DNA of 64,000 bases. Origin: Thermoanaerobaculaceae bacterium (GTDB lineage Bacteria > Acidobacteriota > Thermoanaerobaculia > Multivoradales > UBA5704). Made by a program: the position numbers and the translations under genes. Shown here one piece after another: positions 39,182 to 50,786 of the stretch; position 1 is the stretch's first letter; each line of letters starts with the position of its first letter. The stretch covers positions 2,532,391-2,596,390 of the forward strand of contig OY970330.1 in assembly GCA_963717295.1 (NCBI GenBank). Reading direction: 5' to 3'. The notes under the pieces are model-generated. The model searched no databases. It saw only the letters and a list, made by a program, of their open reading frames with translations, and was not told the DNA's origin.

Positions 39182-40327
39182 ATGTCCGAGCCAACCGCCT
39201 CCCCTGACCTCCAAGGCCTCCGCGAATCGATCGAGGAGATCGACCACGAGATTCTCGACCACCTGCGCCGGCGCATGGACCTGGTCGAGGAGGTGGCGGC
39301 GGCCAAGCTGCGCGCGGCTTCGCCGTTCCGCGATCCGCTGCGGGAGGACCAGGTCTTCCAGCGGGTACGCCATGCGGCCGTGGAGCGCGGGCTCGATCCT
39401 CATGAGGTGGAGCGGCTGTACCGGGTGCTGCTGGAGATGTCGGTCGCCCACCAGCAGGCTCACGTGCGGTCGCTCGCGGCGGCACCGTTGCGCGTGGCCT
39501 ACCAGGGTGTCGAGGGCTCTTACAGCCATCTCACCGCCCAGCGGCGCTACTCGGGGCTGCCCGAGGGGGTATTGCTGGAGGGGTTCGAGACGTTTCGCGG
39601 CGCCGCCGAGGCGGTCAAGAGCGGCGCCTCCGATCGCGCCCTGCTGCCGATCGAGAACACCACGGCCGGCAGCATCAACGAGACCTACGATCTCCTGGCA
39701 GAGGGCGGCCTCACCATCACCGCCGAGGCCGTGAGCCACATCGAGCACTGCCTGCTCGTGCTCCCCGGCACCAAGCTCGAAGACCTGCGCACCGTCATCT
39801 CCCATCCCCAGGGGCTCCTCCAGTGCCAGGACTTCCTGCACGGCGTGCCGTGGATCGAGGCGCGGGCCGAGTTCGACACCGCCGGCTCCGCGCGCAAGGT
39901 GCGGGAGCGCAACGATCCCACGGTGGGCGCCATCGCCGGCGAGTCGGCCGCCCGCGTCTTCGGCCTGGAGATCCTGCGCCGCGGCATCCAGACGCAGGAG
40001 GGGAACTTCACCCGCTTCGTCGAGCTGTCGCTCCACTCCGAGCCCTGCCCGCCCGGGACGCCGGCCCGCACCTCGCTGGTGCTCGCCGTCGCCCACCGCT
40101 CGGGCGCTCTGGCCGAAGTGCTCACCCTGCTCACCCGGTGGGGCGTGAATCTCGCCAAGCTGGAGTCGCGCCCCATACCCAGCAGCCCGTGGAATTACCG
40201 CTTCTATCTGGACCTCGAAGGCAATGCGGACCGCGATCCCGTGCGCGGCGCCCTGGAGGAGATCCGACCCCACACCACGGAGCTGCGGGTGCTCGGCAGC
40301 TACCCCGCTGCCGAGCGTGAGGCCTGA
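39182..40327 (+). CDS. pheA: bifunctional chorismate mutase / prephenate dehydratase (P-protein)
   Basis: N-terminal CM domain (LRESIEEIDHEILDHLRRRMDLVEEV), PDT domain (RVAYQGVEGSYSH ... ENTTAGSI) and a C-terminal ACT domain. Confidence 0.9.
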   Translation: MSEPTASPDLQGLRESIEEIDHEILDHLRRRMDLVEEVAAAKLRAASPFRDPLREDQVFQRVRHAAVERGLDPHEVERLYRVLLEMSVAHQQAHVRSLAAAPLRVAYQGVEGSYSHLTAQRRYSGLPEGVLLEGFETFRGAAEAVKSGASDRALLPIENTTAGSINETYDLLAEGGLTITAEAVSHIEHCLLVLPGTKLEDLRTVISHPQGLLQCQDFLHGVPWIEARAEFDTAGSARKVRERNDPTVGAIAGESAARVFGLEILRRGIQTQEGNFTRFVELSLHSEPCPPGTPARTSLVLAVAHRSGALAEVLTLLTRWGVNLAKLESRPIPSSPWNYRFYLDLEGNADRDPVRGALEEIRPHTTELRVLGSYPAAEREA

Positions 40328-40342
40328 CCTCCTCCCTTTAGC

Positions 40343-42883
40343 TCACCCGCCGCACTGAGCGCTGCCCACGAGCGTGTAGCTCGTCGAAGTGGTGTGATCG
40401 ACCGACGTCGTCTGTGAGGACGGCGTGCCGCTGACGTTGACCGCGAAGGCGCGGACCTCCAGGGCCGGCAGGTCCTGCCCGGTGCCGACGTTGTCCACCT
40501 GATCGGTGGTAATCGTGATGGTGATGGTGCCGTCGGCCGAGAAAGTGCCGGTGGCGTTGCCGAGGTCGGTGCCCTGGTTGGTGTTGGGCGGCGAGAGCTT
40601 GCCCACCTTGAAAGCCGCGGTGCCGAGCCCGGTGGCCCGCATCACCACGTAGTTGCGGTCATAGGTGGCGTCGGGCACGGGCCGGTTCCACAGGATCATC
40701 CAGGCGTTGCCGGGAGTGAAGGTCGAGAGGCTCGCGACCTTGAGGGTGAAGACGATCTTGTGGGAGCCGTCCGTGGTGCGCGGCTCGGCGATCGAGAGCC
40801 GCTGGACGTCGAGGGCCGGCACCTGGGAGTCGCTCGCCGGATCGTCCGCCACCTTGGTACCGGGTGCCGTGCAGGACTGCGTCGCCGGCGGTGCCACCGT
40901 AGGAGTCACGTCATGGCAGAACGGGCCTTTGCCGATCGCGTTGACGGCCACGACATGGTAGGCGGGAGCCGCGCCGGCCTTCGGGGTGTCGTCATAGGAG
41001 TGGAAGCCGGGCCCACCGCTGGCGATCTTCTTGAAGCCGCCCGCGGGGTTCGAGCGATAGAGGATGTAGCTCTTGATCGGAGAGCCGTGGTCGTCCGGCG
41101 TCGACCAGGTGAGATGGACGACGCCGTTGGCCCCCGTCGCCTGGAGAGCGGGAGCGGCCGGGACGCTGACCGGCGAGTCATAGGCGGCGAAGAGGCCGTC
41201 GCCGCTCGTCTGGCGGGCGATCGTCGCCTGGGCCGTGCCGCTGTTGGGGCCGCCCGTGACGCAGCCGCCGGTGCAGCCGTCCGCGTAGCCCACCAGCACC
41301 CGGCCCTGGGCGTCGACCGCGGCGTCCATGAAGTCGAGGAGGTTGCGAGTGCCGCCGCAGGTCGTGCCGGCGGAACAGATGGTCCCCTTCTGCACCGGAT
41401 CGCCGGGCGTCGCGTCCGCCGTCACCCAGGAGGCCCCGCCGTCGTAGGTGTGGGCCACATAGAGGTGCCAGACGGCCGGGAAGGTCGGGTCCTCGCCGCC
41501 CGCGTCGCCCGGCGTCGAGGTGCCGAGGAAGGCGAAGGCCGCGCGGTCGGGATCGCCGGCCACCACGGCCGGGAAGGCGATGTTCCGCAGGCCGAAGCCC
41601 GTCCCCACGTCCTGGATGTTGCTCCAGGTGTCGCCCTCGTCATGAGAGACCGCGATGTACGGATGGCCGTCGCCGTTCATGTAACCGAAATAGACGGTAC
41701 CGTCGCTCGCGATGCCGAGCGAGGGGTCCCAGCTTCCGGCCGAGCTGCCCGGCACGGTCTTCACCGTCCAGGTCAGGCCGTTGTCGCGGGTGACGGCCAC
41801 TCCCTGGCTCCCGCCGCAGCTCTTGTTGGGGACGTAGGCGGTGCCGTCCGGCGCCACCTTGACGTGGCCGTGGATGCCCGAGCACTGCGTGAGGTTGTAG
41901 ATCGGCACCGCCGGCCCGAACGTCGTGCCGCCGTCGAGGCTGGTGGCGCACTGGGCCATGGCGATGTCCTGCGAGCAGTAATAGAGGATGTGAGGATAGC
42001 TCGTCAGCGGCGTGAGGAGACCGGAGGCGAAAGGGCCGCCGCCGATCGTCTGGTGGTCGACGCCCGAGTTGAGCCCCGAGCCCTGGCTGGGCGACCAGGT
42101 GATGCCGTCGTTGTCGGTGAAGGCCATCAGGCTCAGCTTGGTGGGCAAAAGCTGGGAGACGAAGGTGCGGCCCAGCGTGGGATCGGTGTAGAGGATCGGA
42201 TCGAACGTCACCTGGGAGGTCTGGAGCGCCGAGACGTTCTCCCAGGAGCCGGTGGCCGGCGAGGAGCAATCGTTGAAGGAGACGCGAAGCGTTTCCGTGC
42301 CGGCGACGTACATCACCTTGCCGGTGCGCTGGTCGACGCCGATCGAGGGCTCGCCGGCGCTCGTCCCCACGCCAGCCGGCGGCGTGTAGTTGGTGTAGCG
42401 CGGGGGCGGCAGGGTCGAAGGGGGAGGCGGCGCGGGAAGCTGGGTGATCTTGGCGTTGCCGCTGTAGGCCGTGAGCGGCGCGAAGGGCGAGGCGCTCACC
42501 GTGTACGTTCCGCCCGCCGGGTTGGTGAGGACGACCTGCTCGGCCTCCCCGGCCGAGTTTCCGGACTGGCCCACGAGACTGCCGTCCGGGCCGTAGACCT
42601 CGAGATCGTAGTCGTCCGTCGGCTGTAGGGTGAAGTTGATTTCGACCCTGAAAGCGTAGGAAGGCGGGACGATCGTCAGTTTGTAATTATCACACGCGGG
42701 ATTGCTGGGGCCGCCGCAGGTCGAAGCGGCGGTGGGCGTCAGCGGGCCTCCCGTCCAATTCGCCTGCGACGACGAGGACACGGTGCCCGAGGACGGATTG
42801 GCCGCCCAGGCCGAGGTGCAAAGAAGCAGACCGCCTGCCAAGGCAGCGATCAGTGGAACTCTCCGGCAATCGAGAAAGAACAT
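40343..42883 (-). CDS. secreted PPC-domain + BNR/sialidase-fold + fibronectin-III protein
   Basis: I trimmed to ATG 42883 (MFFLDC..., GAGAGGAG upstream). PPC-like DDYDLEVYGPDGSLVG, Asp-box-like SLDGGTTF, RDNGLTWT, HDEGDTWS and YDGGASW, and an Fn3-like VHLTWSTPDDHGSPIKSYILYRS. Confidence 0.75.
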   Translation of the reverse strand: MFFLDCRRVPLIAALAGGLLLCTSAWAANPSSGTVSSSSQANWTGGPLTPTAASTCGGPSNPACDNYKLTIVPPSYAFRVEINFTLQPTDDYDLEVYGPDGSLVGQSGNSAGEAEQVVLTNPAGGTYTVSASPFAPLTAYSGNAKITQLPAPPPPSTLPPPRYTNYTPPAGVGTSAGEPSIGVDQRTGKVMYVAGTETLRVSFNDCSSPATGSWENVSALQTSQVTFDPILYTDPTLGRTFVSQLLPTKLSLMAFTDNDGITWSPSQGSGLNSGVDHQTIGGGPFASGLLTPLTSYPHILYYCSQDIAMAQCATSLDGGTTFGPAVPIYNLTQCSGIHGHVKVAPDGTAYVPNKSCGGSQGVAVTRDNGLTWTVKTVPGSSAGSWDPSLGIASDGTVYFGYMNGDGHPYIAVSHDEGDTWSNIQDVGTGFGLRNIAFPAVVAGDPDRAAFAFLGTSTPGDAGGEDPTFPAVWHLYVAHTYDGGASWVTADATPGDPVQKGTICSAGTTCGGTRNLLDFMDAAVDAQGRVLVGYADGCTGGCVTGGPNSGTAQATIARQTSGDGLFAAYDSPVSVPAAPALQATGANGVVHLTWSTPDDHGSPIKSYILYRSNPAGGFKKIASGGPGFHSYDDTPKAGAAPAYHVVAVNAIGKGPFCHDVTPTVAPPATQSCTAPGTKVADDPASDSQVPALDVQRLSIAEPRTTDGSHKIVFTLKVASLSTFTPGNAWMILWNRPVPDATYDRNYVVMRATGLGTAAFKVGKLSPPNTNQGTDLGNATGTFSADGTITITITTDQVDNVGTGQDLPALEVRAFAVNVSGTPSSQTTSVDHTTSTSYTLVGSAQCGG

Positions 42884-43016
42884 CGCGGGGCTCCTCTCAA
42901 AGATGATCGAGATACATCCAACTCCCGAAAATCGGCCTTGTGCAGAGACCGTGCCAAGAAGGCGACGGGAGAAGAGGGCCGGGGTGATGAGGGGGGCTTT
43001 GGGAGGACTTCGAGTT

Positions 43017-44384
43017 TTACTTGGTGCTCCGCAACACCACCGCCGCGTTGTGGCCGCCGAAGGCGAACGACTGCGAAAGGGCGTTGCGGATCGGCCAGGC
43101 ACCGGCCTGGCGCACGAAGTTGAGATCCGCGATGGGATCTTCGAGGTTGAGGCAGGCGTGCGCCGCCTGGTGCTGGAGGCTCAAGACCGTCACCGCGGCT
43201 TCGAGGGCGCCGCTCGCTCCCAGGGTGTGCCCGAGGAGCGACTTGGTGGAGTTGACCAGCGGCCGGGAGCCGAAGATCCGCGACAGGACGGCGGCCTCGG
43301 TCTCGTCGTTGGCCATCGTGCCCGTGCCGTGGGCGTTGACGTAGTCGATCTCGTCCGGCCTCAGCCCTGAGTCCCTCAGGGCCGACTCGATGGCGCGGGC
43401 GATCTGCCGGCCCTCGGGCTCCATCACCATGATGTTGTGGGCGTCCGAGGTCTCGGCGAAGCCGGCCACCTCCGCGAGAATGGGCGCGCCGCGCTCTCTC
43501 GCCCGCTCCATCTCCTCGAGCACCAGCACCGCGCCGCCACCCTGGCTGAAGAGGAACCCGGAACGGCCCCGGTCGAAGGGACGGTTTCCCCGCGGATCGT
43601 CGCCCCGGACCAGCGTATGGGCGAGATCGAAGCTGTGGAAGATGGCGCCGTAGTCGTCGTCGAGGAGCTCGACGCCGCCCGCCAGCACGAGGTCCATTTC
43701 CCCCCCGGCGATCGAGCGGTAGGCATGGCCGATCGCCACCGTCCCCGAGGCACAGGCCGCGCAGTGCGTGCTCTGGGGTCCCACCAGGGAGAGCTTGATA
43801 CTGAGCGCGCTCGTCGCCGTATTCGGCATGGTCATCGCCACGGCGAAAGGATTGGCGCGGGACGGCGCCTGCAATCTCCGCTCGACGCTTTCCAGGAGAT
43901 CCAACGCTCCAGAGTCTCCCAGCCGCCCGCGCAGCTCACGAAGCGACTCCTTCGGCCGGGTGAGCGCCTGGTGCAGGGTGCTGCGCAACGCCGAGCTGAT
44001 GCCGCCGATTCCCGTGCCGAGGGAGACGCCGGCGCGCCCAGGCTCCACGTCTCCCGTCCCGGAAAGAGCGAATGTGCCCCGCTTCTCGTCTTTAACCTCG
44101 CGTCCGATGCCCGCCGCCTCCAGCGCCTGAAGGGCCGCGGTCATGGCGATCAGGGCCGTGCGGTCGTTCTGCAGACGCTCGATACGGCCGAGGCCCCAGG
44201 CTTCGTAGTCGGGCTCGGCCAGGGGGGACCAGAGACGGGAGGTGAACTGGGCGTAGTCGAGCCAGGCCGGAGGGATCGGCTCGACGCGGGTGGCTCCGGC
44301 CAGACAGGCGCGCCAGAAGTCGACCGCGCCATGGCCGATCGAGCTGACGATGCCGAGGCCGGTGACGGCGACCCGGCGCCTCAT
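43017..44384 (-). CDS. beta-ketoacyl-ACP synthase (KAS I/II family)
   Basis: Active-site Cys context HCAACASGTVAIG and His motifs NAHGTGT and GHTLGASG. It overlaps the ACP stop by 4 nt. Confidence 0.85.
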   Translation of the reverse strand: MRRRVAVTGLGIVSSIGHGAVDFWRACLAGATRVEPIPPAWLDYAQFTSRLWSPLAEPDYEAWGLGRIERLQNDRTALIAMTAALQALEAAGIGREVKDEKRGTFALSGTGDVEPGRAGVSLGTGIGGISSALRSTLHQALTRPKESLRELRGRLGDSGALDLLESVERRLQAPSRANPFAVAMTMPNTATSALSIKLSLVGPQSTHCAACASGTVAIGHAYRSIAGGEMDLVLAGGVELLDDDYGAIFHSFDLAHTLVRGDDPRGNRPFDRGRSGFLFSQGGGAVLVLEEMERARERGAPILAEVAGFAETSDAHNIMVMEPEGRQIARAIESALRDSGLRPDEIDYVNAHGTGTMANDETEAAVLSRIFGSRPLVNSTKSLLGHTLGASGALEAAVTVLSLQHQAAHACLNLEDPIADLNFVRQAGAWPIRNALSQSFAFGGHNAAVVLRSTK

Positions 44385-44692
44385 GAAGCGAGCGTCGTGG
44401 AGGGTGCGGGAGATGCGTCGACGCCGGTGCCGGCCGCGCGGTCGGCCTGGCGCAGGATGAAGTCCACCGTCTCCCCCACCGTGGTGAGCTGAAGGGCGCC
44501 CTCATCCTCGATCGAGCGGTCGAACTCGTCTTCGAGCGCCATCATCAGCGACAGATTGTCGAAAGAGTCGAGGTGGAGATCCTCGGTGTAGCGGCTCTCG
44601 AGGGTAATGCCGTCCTCGCTGACCTTCAGCACCTCGGCGACGACCTTGCGTACGCGCTGGAAGACCTCTGTGCGGATGTCCGTCTCGCCCAT
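44381..44692 (-). CDS. acyl carrier protein (with extended C-terminal tail)
   Basis: 103 aa. The phosphopantetheine attachment context is EDLHLDSFDNLSLMMALEDEF. Confidence 0.8.
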   Translation of the reverse strand: MGETDIRTEVFQRVRKVVAEVLKVSEDGITLESRYTEDLHLDSFDNLSLMMALEDEFDRSIEDEGALQLTTVGETVDFILRQADRAAGTGVDASPAPSTTLAS

Positions 44693-44710
44693 GCCGTCAG
44701 GATTCTAGCG

Positions 44711-45436
44711 CTACATCTTGCCGATCGTGAGGCCCAGCGTCGTATAGATGCGCTTCACGTAGTCACGCGTCTCGCGATAGGGGGGAATGCCGCCGTAGCG
44801 CAGAACGGCGTTCTCGCCCGCGTTGTAGGCGGCGAGCACCTTCGAGAGGTCGTTGGGGAACTGCTCGGCGAGCCAGCTCAGGTAGCTGATACCGGCCTCC
44901 AGGTTCTCCTTCGGCTCGTAGATCTTCTCCAGGCGGGCCCCGAAGCGCTGCGCCGTGGAGGGCATGAGCTGCATCAGGCCGCGGGCGCCCTTGCGGGAGT
45001 AGGCCCGGGGGTTGCCGGCGGATTCGGCGCCGATGAGGGCGGCCACCACCTGGGGGTTGAACGAGTGCCGCTTGGAGGCCTCGTAGATCATCTTGCCGTA
45101 GGGGCCGTCCGGAACCTTCTGGGACTCCTCGAACTTGAGCAGCACGGGCGACTTGGCGGCCTCGACCGCGGCCACGGCGGTCACCGGCGGCGGCGGGGGC
45201 GGCGGCGTGTACTCGTCGTCCAGCACGCGGTCGACCCGGTCGATGGGCAGGGTGATGCGGCCGCCGGACGCCAGAGTGACCCGGGCCTGCTCCCCCACGG
45301 CCTCGAAGTCCGCGGCCTTCATGACGTTGCCGTCCACCAGAATCACCAGCTCGGCGCGCGCCGGGGCGACTCCAAAGGCCAGAAAAACTCCCAGGGCGAG
45401 GCACAGGGACAGCGAGCAGGGCCAGGATCTATGCAT
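44711..45436 (-). CDS. lytic transglycosylase (SLT domain)
   Basis: Signal peptide from MHRSW (an alternative upstream ATG is at 45472). Catalytic region IGAESAGNPRAYSRKGARGLMQLMPSTA ... AYNAGENAV. Confidence 0.8.
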   Translation of the reverse strand: MHRSWPCSLSLCLALGVFLAFGVAPARAELVILVDGNVMKAADFEAVGEQARVTLASGGRITLPIDRVDRVLDDEYTPPPPPPPVTAVAAVEAAKSPVLLKFEESQKVPDGPYGKMIYEASKRHSFNPQVVAALIGAESAGNPRAYSRKGARGLMQLMPSTAQRFGARLEKIYEPKENLEAGISYLSWLAEQFPNDLSKVLAAYNAGENAVLRYGGIPPYRETRDYVKRIYTTLGLTIGKM

Positions 45437-45575
45437 CGGGGATGAGTCTCTCCACCTAGGGTCAGCGATCACTCGCCACTTAGTATACGGAACAGCCGGC
45501 GAAAACGCCTAGCCACCCTCTGGTTGTCTCAATAGCGGGAAACCGCGGAAAGGGGAAGGGAATTCCTGCGGAGAC

Positions 45576-45607
45576 GGAAAGGGCCGCCCCCGCGGGACGG
45601 CCCTTTT
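45576..45607 (-). terminator. GC-rich hairpin terminator candidate after the orphan secreted-protein gene
   Basis: Minus strand: AAAAGGGCCGTCCCGCGGGGGCGGCCCTTTCC, starting 13 nt after the stop at 45620. The U-tract is short. Confidence 0.45.
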
Positions 45608-45619
45608 GGAGCCGGCGGA

Positions 45620-46072
45620 TCAGTAGAGGCGATCGCAGCGGCGGGTGTGACCGTCGGTGCAGTTGGAGAACTCGATCACCTGGCCCCAGCTGGAGACTAC
45701 CGCCCGCTTGCACTGGGGGCCGGACGGGTTGATGGTGTACTCCCAGGTCGTGTAGAGGATCGTCGTCCCAAAGGTGGTGTTCACGGGCTTGGCGAAGGTG
45801 ACCTTCCGGTTCTCGGTCACAATGTTCGTACCGTTGTAGGAGGCGTCGTAGTACTCGATGTCCCGAAAGATGGGATTGCCGGAGGCGTCGTATTGCGTGG
45901 AGCTCGGCACGAAGGTCGAGAAGCCGTTCACCGAGGGATACGGCGGATTGGTATACGAGCAGGTGTAGTCCGCGTACCAGGTGGGCGTGTGGAAGGGACC
46001 ATAGGCGAAGGCGGCGTTGACACTGGCGACGACAAGCAGCAGGGCGAGCAGCGCGATCCTCTTCATGCTCAT
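45620..46072 (-). CDS. orphan secreted Cys-containing protein (~150 aa)
   Basis: ATG 46072 follows AAGGAGA. Signal peptide MSMKRIALLALLLVVASVNAAFA, four Cys residues, and no family that I recognise. Confidence 0.6.
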   Translation of the reverse strand: MSMKRIALLALLLVVASVNAAFAYGPFHTPTWYADYTCSYTNPPYPSVNGFSTFVPSSTQYDASGNPIFRDIEYYDASYNGTNIVTENRKVTFAKPVNTTFGTTILYTTWEYTINPSGPQCKRAVVSSWGQVIEFSNCTDGHTRRCDRLY

Positions 46073-46132
46073 GATTCCAAATCTCCTTGCCACACTGGGG
46101 TGGCGGTAGCGGTCATTACGCCGCATCCCTGG

Positions 46133-46148
46133 GGCAAGGCCGCTGCCA
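46133..46148 (-). promoter_or_regulatory. sigma-54 type -24/-12 promoter candidate
   Basis: The minus strand reads CTGGCAGCGGCCTTGCC, with GG and GC at the canonical spacing of TGGCAC-N5-TTGC, about 60 nt upstream of ATG 46072. Confidence 0.6.
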
Positions 46149-46227
46149 GGAGTCAAATTACTGAAAACAAAGAATCTTGGGTAAATTGATCATCCCGTTT
46201 GAGGGACTGGAGGCCGCTGGAGGCGAG

Positions 46228-46253
46228 TGCCAGTCCCGAATTCGGGACTGGCA
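46228..46253. promoter_or_regulatory. perfect 26-bp palindrome (candidate enhancer-binding-protein UAS)
   Basis: TGCCAGTCCCGAATTCGGGACTGGCA, about 80-105 bp upstream of the -24/-12 element and 44 bp after the EBP gene stop. Confidence 0.45.
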
Positions 46254-46296
46254 GGAGAGGGTCCTGGCCGGGGGGAGCCATACTTTCGGTCGATCC

Positions 46297-48015
<1,719 letters not shown>

Positions 48016-48019
48016 GCCA

Positions 48020-50764
48020 TCATGGAACGAAGCGGGGATGGCTGAGCCAGGTATCGACGTTCTTCACGTTCTGCGGCATCTGAACGTGCGTGAATCCCTC
48101 GCGCGCCTGCCGTGCCAGACGCATGGCGCGCTGCCGGTTCCCATCGCCATCCCACAGCGCCTGGGCGAGATAAAACTGGCACTCCGCCAGCGACAGCTCC
48201 TTGCCATGCTGTTTTTCGCGCACATCGAGAGCTTGCTCCAGCGGAGCGATCGCCTCGCGTGGCCGGCCGAGGCCCAGCAGAGAAATTCCAATTCCTTTCA
48301 ACGAGTACGACAGGTCGTAATGCGAAGGTCCCAGCACCTTGCTGTCGATGGCCAAGGCTTCGCGGAAGATCGGGAGCGCCTCGTCGTATCGCTTTTCGAG
48401 ATAGTAGACCTCGGCAATGTTGTCGAGGACGCTGGTTACATCCGGGTGTTCCTTGCCGTGAACTGCCTCCTGCGCACGAAGATCCTCATTGTAAAGCCGC
48501 AGGGCTTCCGCATACCGACCCTTGTCCTTAAGGATGATGGCGATGTTGTTGCGTACCCCCAGGGTCCATGCGTGGGTCGCGCCATATCGGCGGCTGAACA
48601 GATCGGCGGCCTGCCGGTAAAAGTTGAGGGCGAGATCGGGTTGATTGAGGCCCAGGTAGCCGTTGCCCAAAGTATTGTAGGACTTGGCCAGGTCCGGATG
48701 ACCGGCCGGCAAAGCCTTGCGGCGAATGGCCAGCCCGCGCAGGCTCGCCTCCACGGACTCCTGAGGCTTGCCCATTACATCGTAAAAGGTGCCCAGGTTG
48801 CTCAGGACGGCGGCTACCTGTGGGCTCTCGGGACCGTAAGCGCGCTCTCCCATCACCTTGGCCTGCTGCGCCGACTTGACGGCGTCGGGAAGCCGCCCTT
48901 CCTGATATTGAAGAGTTCCGAGCGTCCTCAACAGCTCGTAGCGGAGGGCGGGACCGCCGTGCGCTCCGTCGATGATCGCGCGCGCCATCTGTGTCCATCT
49001 CTCGCCGTCCTCGTGGCGAGCCTGTTGAAAGCCCACGATCCACGAAAGCTGGGAGGCGGCTCGGCCCGCGGTTTCGAAGTCCCCGCCGGTCTGCGCCCGG
49101 GTCAGGGCGTCGAACATGGACCGCTCCGCCTCGCGGCTCTTGCCCAGAGTGTCCTGAAGGATCGCCACCTGATAGAGCGCCGCCGCTTCGAGCGGGGCGT
49201 AACCGGCCTGCCCTGCGGCCTTGGCGGCTTCCTGCGCGGGTCCCAGGGCCTCGGCCGGCTTGCCCGCATCCGCCAGTGCCTTGGCCGCCGTCACCTTCGA
49301 CCGCGCCGCCTCGACGCGGGCGCGGACGGCCGGGTCGCGAGGTGGCTGCACCTTGGCCGCCAGCGCCGCGGAGTCTGCGCAGAGGGCGATTTTCCCGAGG
49401 CCCGCCACCTCCTCGTCGGCGCGGAGCACGACCTGGGCATCGGCGTGGGACAGCAGATCCGTGAGCGCCCGGAGCTCGCTCAATCGCTGATCGAGACAGA
49501 ACATCCGCCGGTCGAGCAGATCCTCCGATTGCTCACCTCGCACCCGAGTGGCCTCGCAGGCTGCACGGCGCATGCGTGACCAGTCCGCGGCGAACAGGTC
49601 GAGAGCGGGCTCGATCCGCCCCCATGTCTCCCTGGCGAAGGGGGACCCAGAGCGCAGAAAGGCGGCCCGGCCGGCGGCCTTCCGGCCCGCGTCCCAGACG
49701 CCCGCAAGCTTCTCCTCCGCACCGCCACACAGTTGGACTCGCCGGGCCTGGAAATATCCAAGGCTTGAAAACAGAGCGCCTGACACCAGCACGATCGCCG
49801 CAGCCGCCACCCAGCGACGGCGGATCACGGATGGATCACGTTTCAGATCGTGAAGGAGCTCCGCCATCCCTGGATAGCGCCCCTCGGACGAGGCCGAGAG
49901 ACCGCGCCGCAACACAGGCTGGAGGCGAGCCGGCACCCCCGAGCCCTCCGGCGGCTCACGCACCTCGCCCCGCCGCTCGACGGACAGCATCTCGCGCAGC
50001 CCCTGGCCTGCAAAAGGTTTCTGGCCGTAGAGCGCCTCCCAGAGAGCGACGCAAAAGCTGAACTGATCGCTACGGGCGTCCGCCGCACCACCCCGAAGCT
50101 GTTCCGGCGCCATGTAGGCCGGAGTCCCCATCACCGCGCCCCACTCCGTCAACGGGCTCGCCAGCAGACCGCCCGAGCCGCTCCCAGGCGAGGATGCGGA
50201 GCCCTCGTTGCCAACCTCTCCCGCCGGCCGCGCGAGCCCGAAGTCCGCCACCTTGACGCGGCCGTCCGTGCCCAGCAGCACGTTGTCCGGCTTGAAATCC
50301 CGATGCACCAGACCGGCCGCATGGGCCGCGGCGAGACCCTGGCCCGCGGGGACGAACACCTCCAGGATCTCCCACCAGGACCGCTTCGTCTCCGCGAGCC
50401 ACCGCCGGAAGGTCTTGCCCTCCACGAACTCCATCGCCACGAAAACCTGATCGCCGATCGTCCCCGCGTCATACACCGCAACCACATGGGGATCGGAGAG
50501 CCGGGCGATCGCCTGAGCCTCCCGCTGAAGCCGCAAAGCCGCCTCCCCCACCGCCCCCGCCCGGTCCGGACGCAACAGCTTGAGCGCCACCTTGCGGTCC
50601 AGCTCCGGATCGTAGGCCGCGTACACCACGCCCATGCCGCCGGAGCCGATGCGCTCCAGCACGACATAGCGCCCCACGGCGGAGCCGCGGGGAAGGGGCT
50701 CGCCGGGTTTCTTCGGCGGCTGCGGGCCGAGGGGGAGGGTTTCAGTGGGTTCCATCTGCGGCAC
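48020..50764 (-). CDS. Ser/Thr protein kinase with TM segment and C-terminal TPR array
   Basis: Hanks motifs (VALKLL, HRDFKPDNVLL, DFGLA, GTPAYMAPEQ), one TM helix (WVAAAAIVLVSGALFSSLGYF), and multiple TPR-like repeats. The stop is 4 nt before the EBP start. Confidence 0.9.
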   Translation of the reverse strand: MPQMEPTETLPLGPQPPKKPGEPLPRGSAVGRYVVLERIGSGGMGVVYAAYDPELDRKVALKLLRPDRAGAVGEAALRLQREAQAIARLSDPHVVAVYDAGTIGDQVFVAMEFVEGKTFRRWLAETKRSWWEILEVFVPAGQGLAAAHAAGLVHRDFKPDNVLLGTDGRVKVADFGLARPAGEVGNEGSASSPGSGSGGLLASPLTEWGAVMGTPAYMAPEQLRGGAADARSDQFSFCVALWEALYGQKPFAGQGLREMLSVERRGEVREPPEGSGVPARLQPVLRRGLSASSEGRYPGMAELLHDLKRDPSVIRRRWVAAAAIVLVSGALFSSLGYFQARRVQLCGGAEEKLAGVWDAGRKAAGRAAFLRSGSPFARETWGRIEPALDLFAADWSRMRRAACEATRVRGEQSEDLLDRRMFCLDQRLSELRALTDLLSHADAQVVLRADEEVAGLGKIALCADSAALAAKVQPPRDPAVRARVEAARSKVTAAKALADAGKPAEALGPAQEAAKAAGQAGYAPLEAAALYQVAILQDTLGKSREAERSMFDALTRAQTGGDFETAGRAASQLSWIVGFQQARHEDGERWTQMARAIIDGAHGGPALRYELLRTLGTLQYQEGRLPDAVKSAQQAKVMGERAYGPESPQVAAVLSNLGTFYDVMGKPQESVEASLRGLAIRRKALPAGHPDLAKSYNTLGNGYLGLNQPDLALNFYRQAADLFSRRYGATHAWTLGVRNNIAIILKDKGRYAEALRLYNEDLRAQEAVHGKEHPDVTSVLDNIAEVYYLEKRYDEALPIFREALAIDSKVLGPSHYDLSYSLKGIGISLLGLGRPREAIAPLEQALDVREKQHGKELSLAECQFYLAQALWDGDGNRQRAMRLARQAREGFTHVQMPQNVKNVDTWLSHPRFVP

Positions 50765-50786
50765 TCACCGGGAAGTTCCTTTCTCA

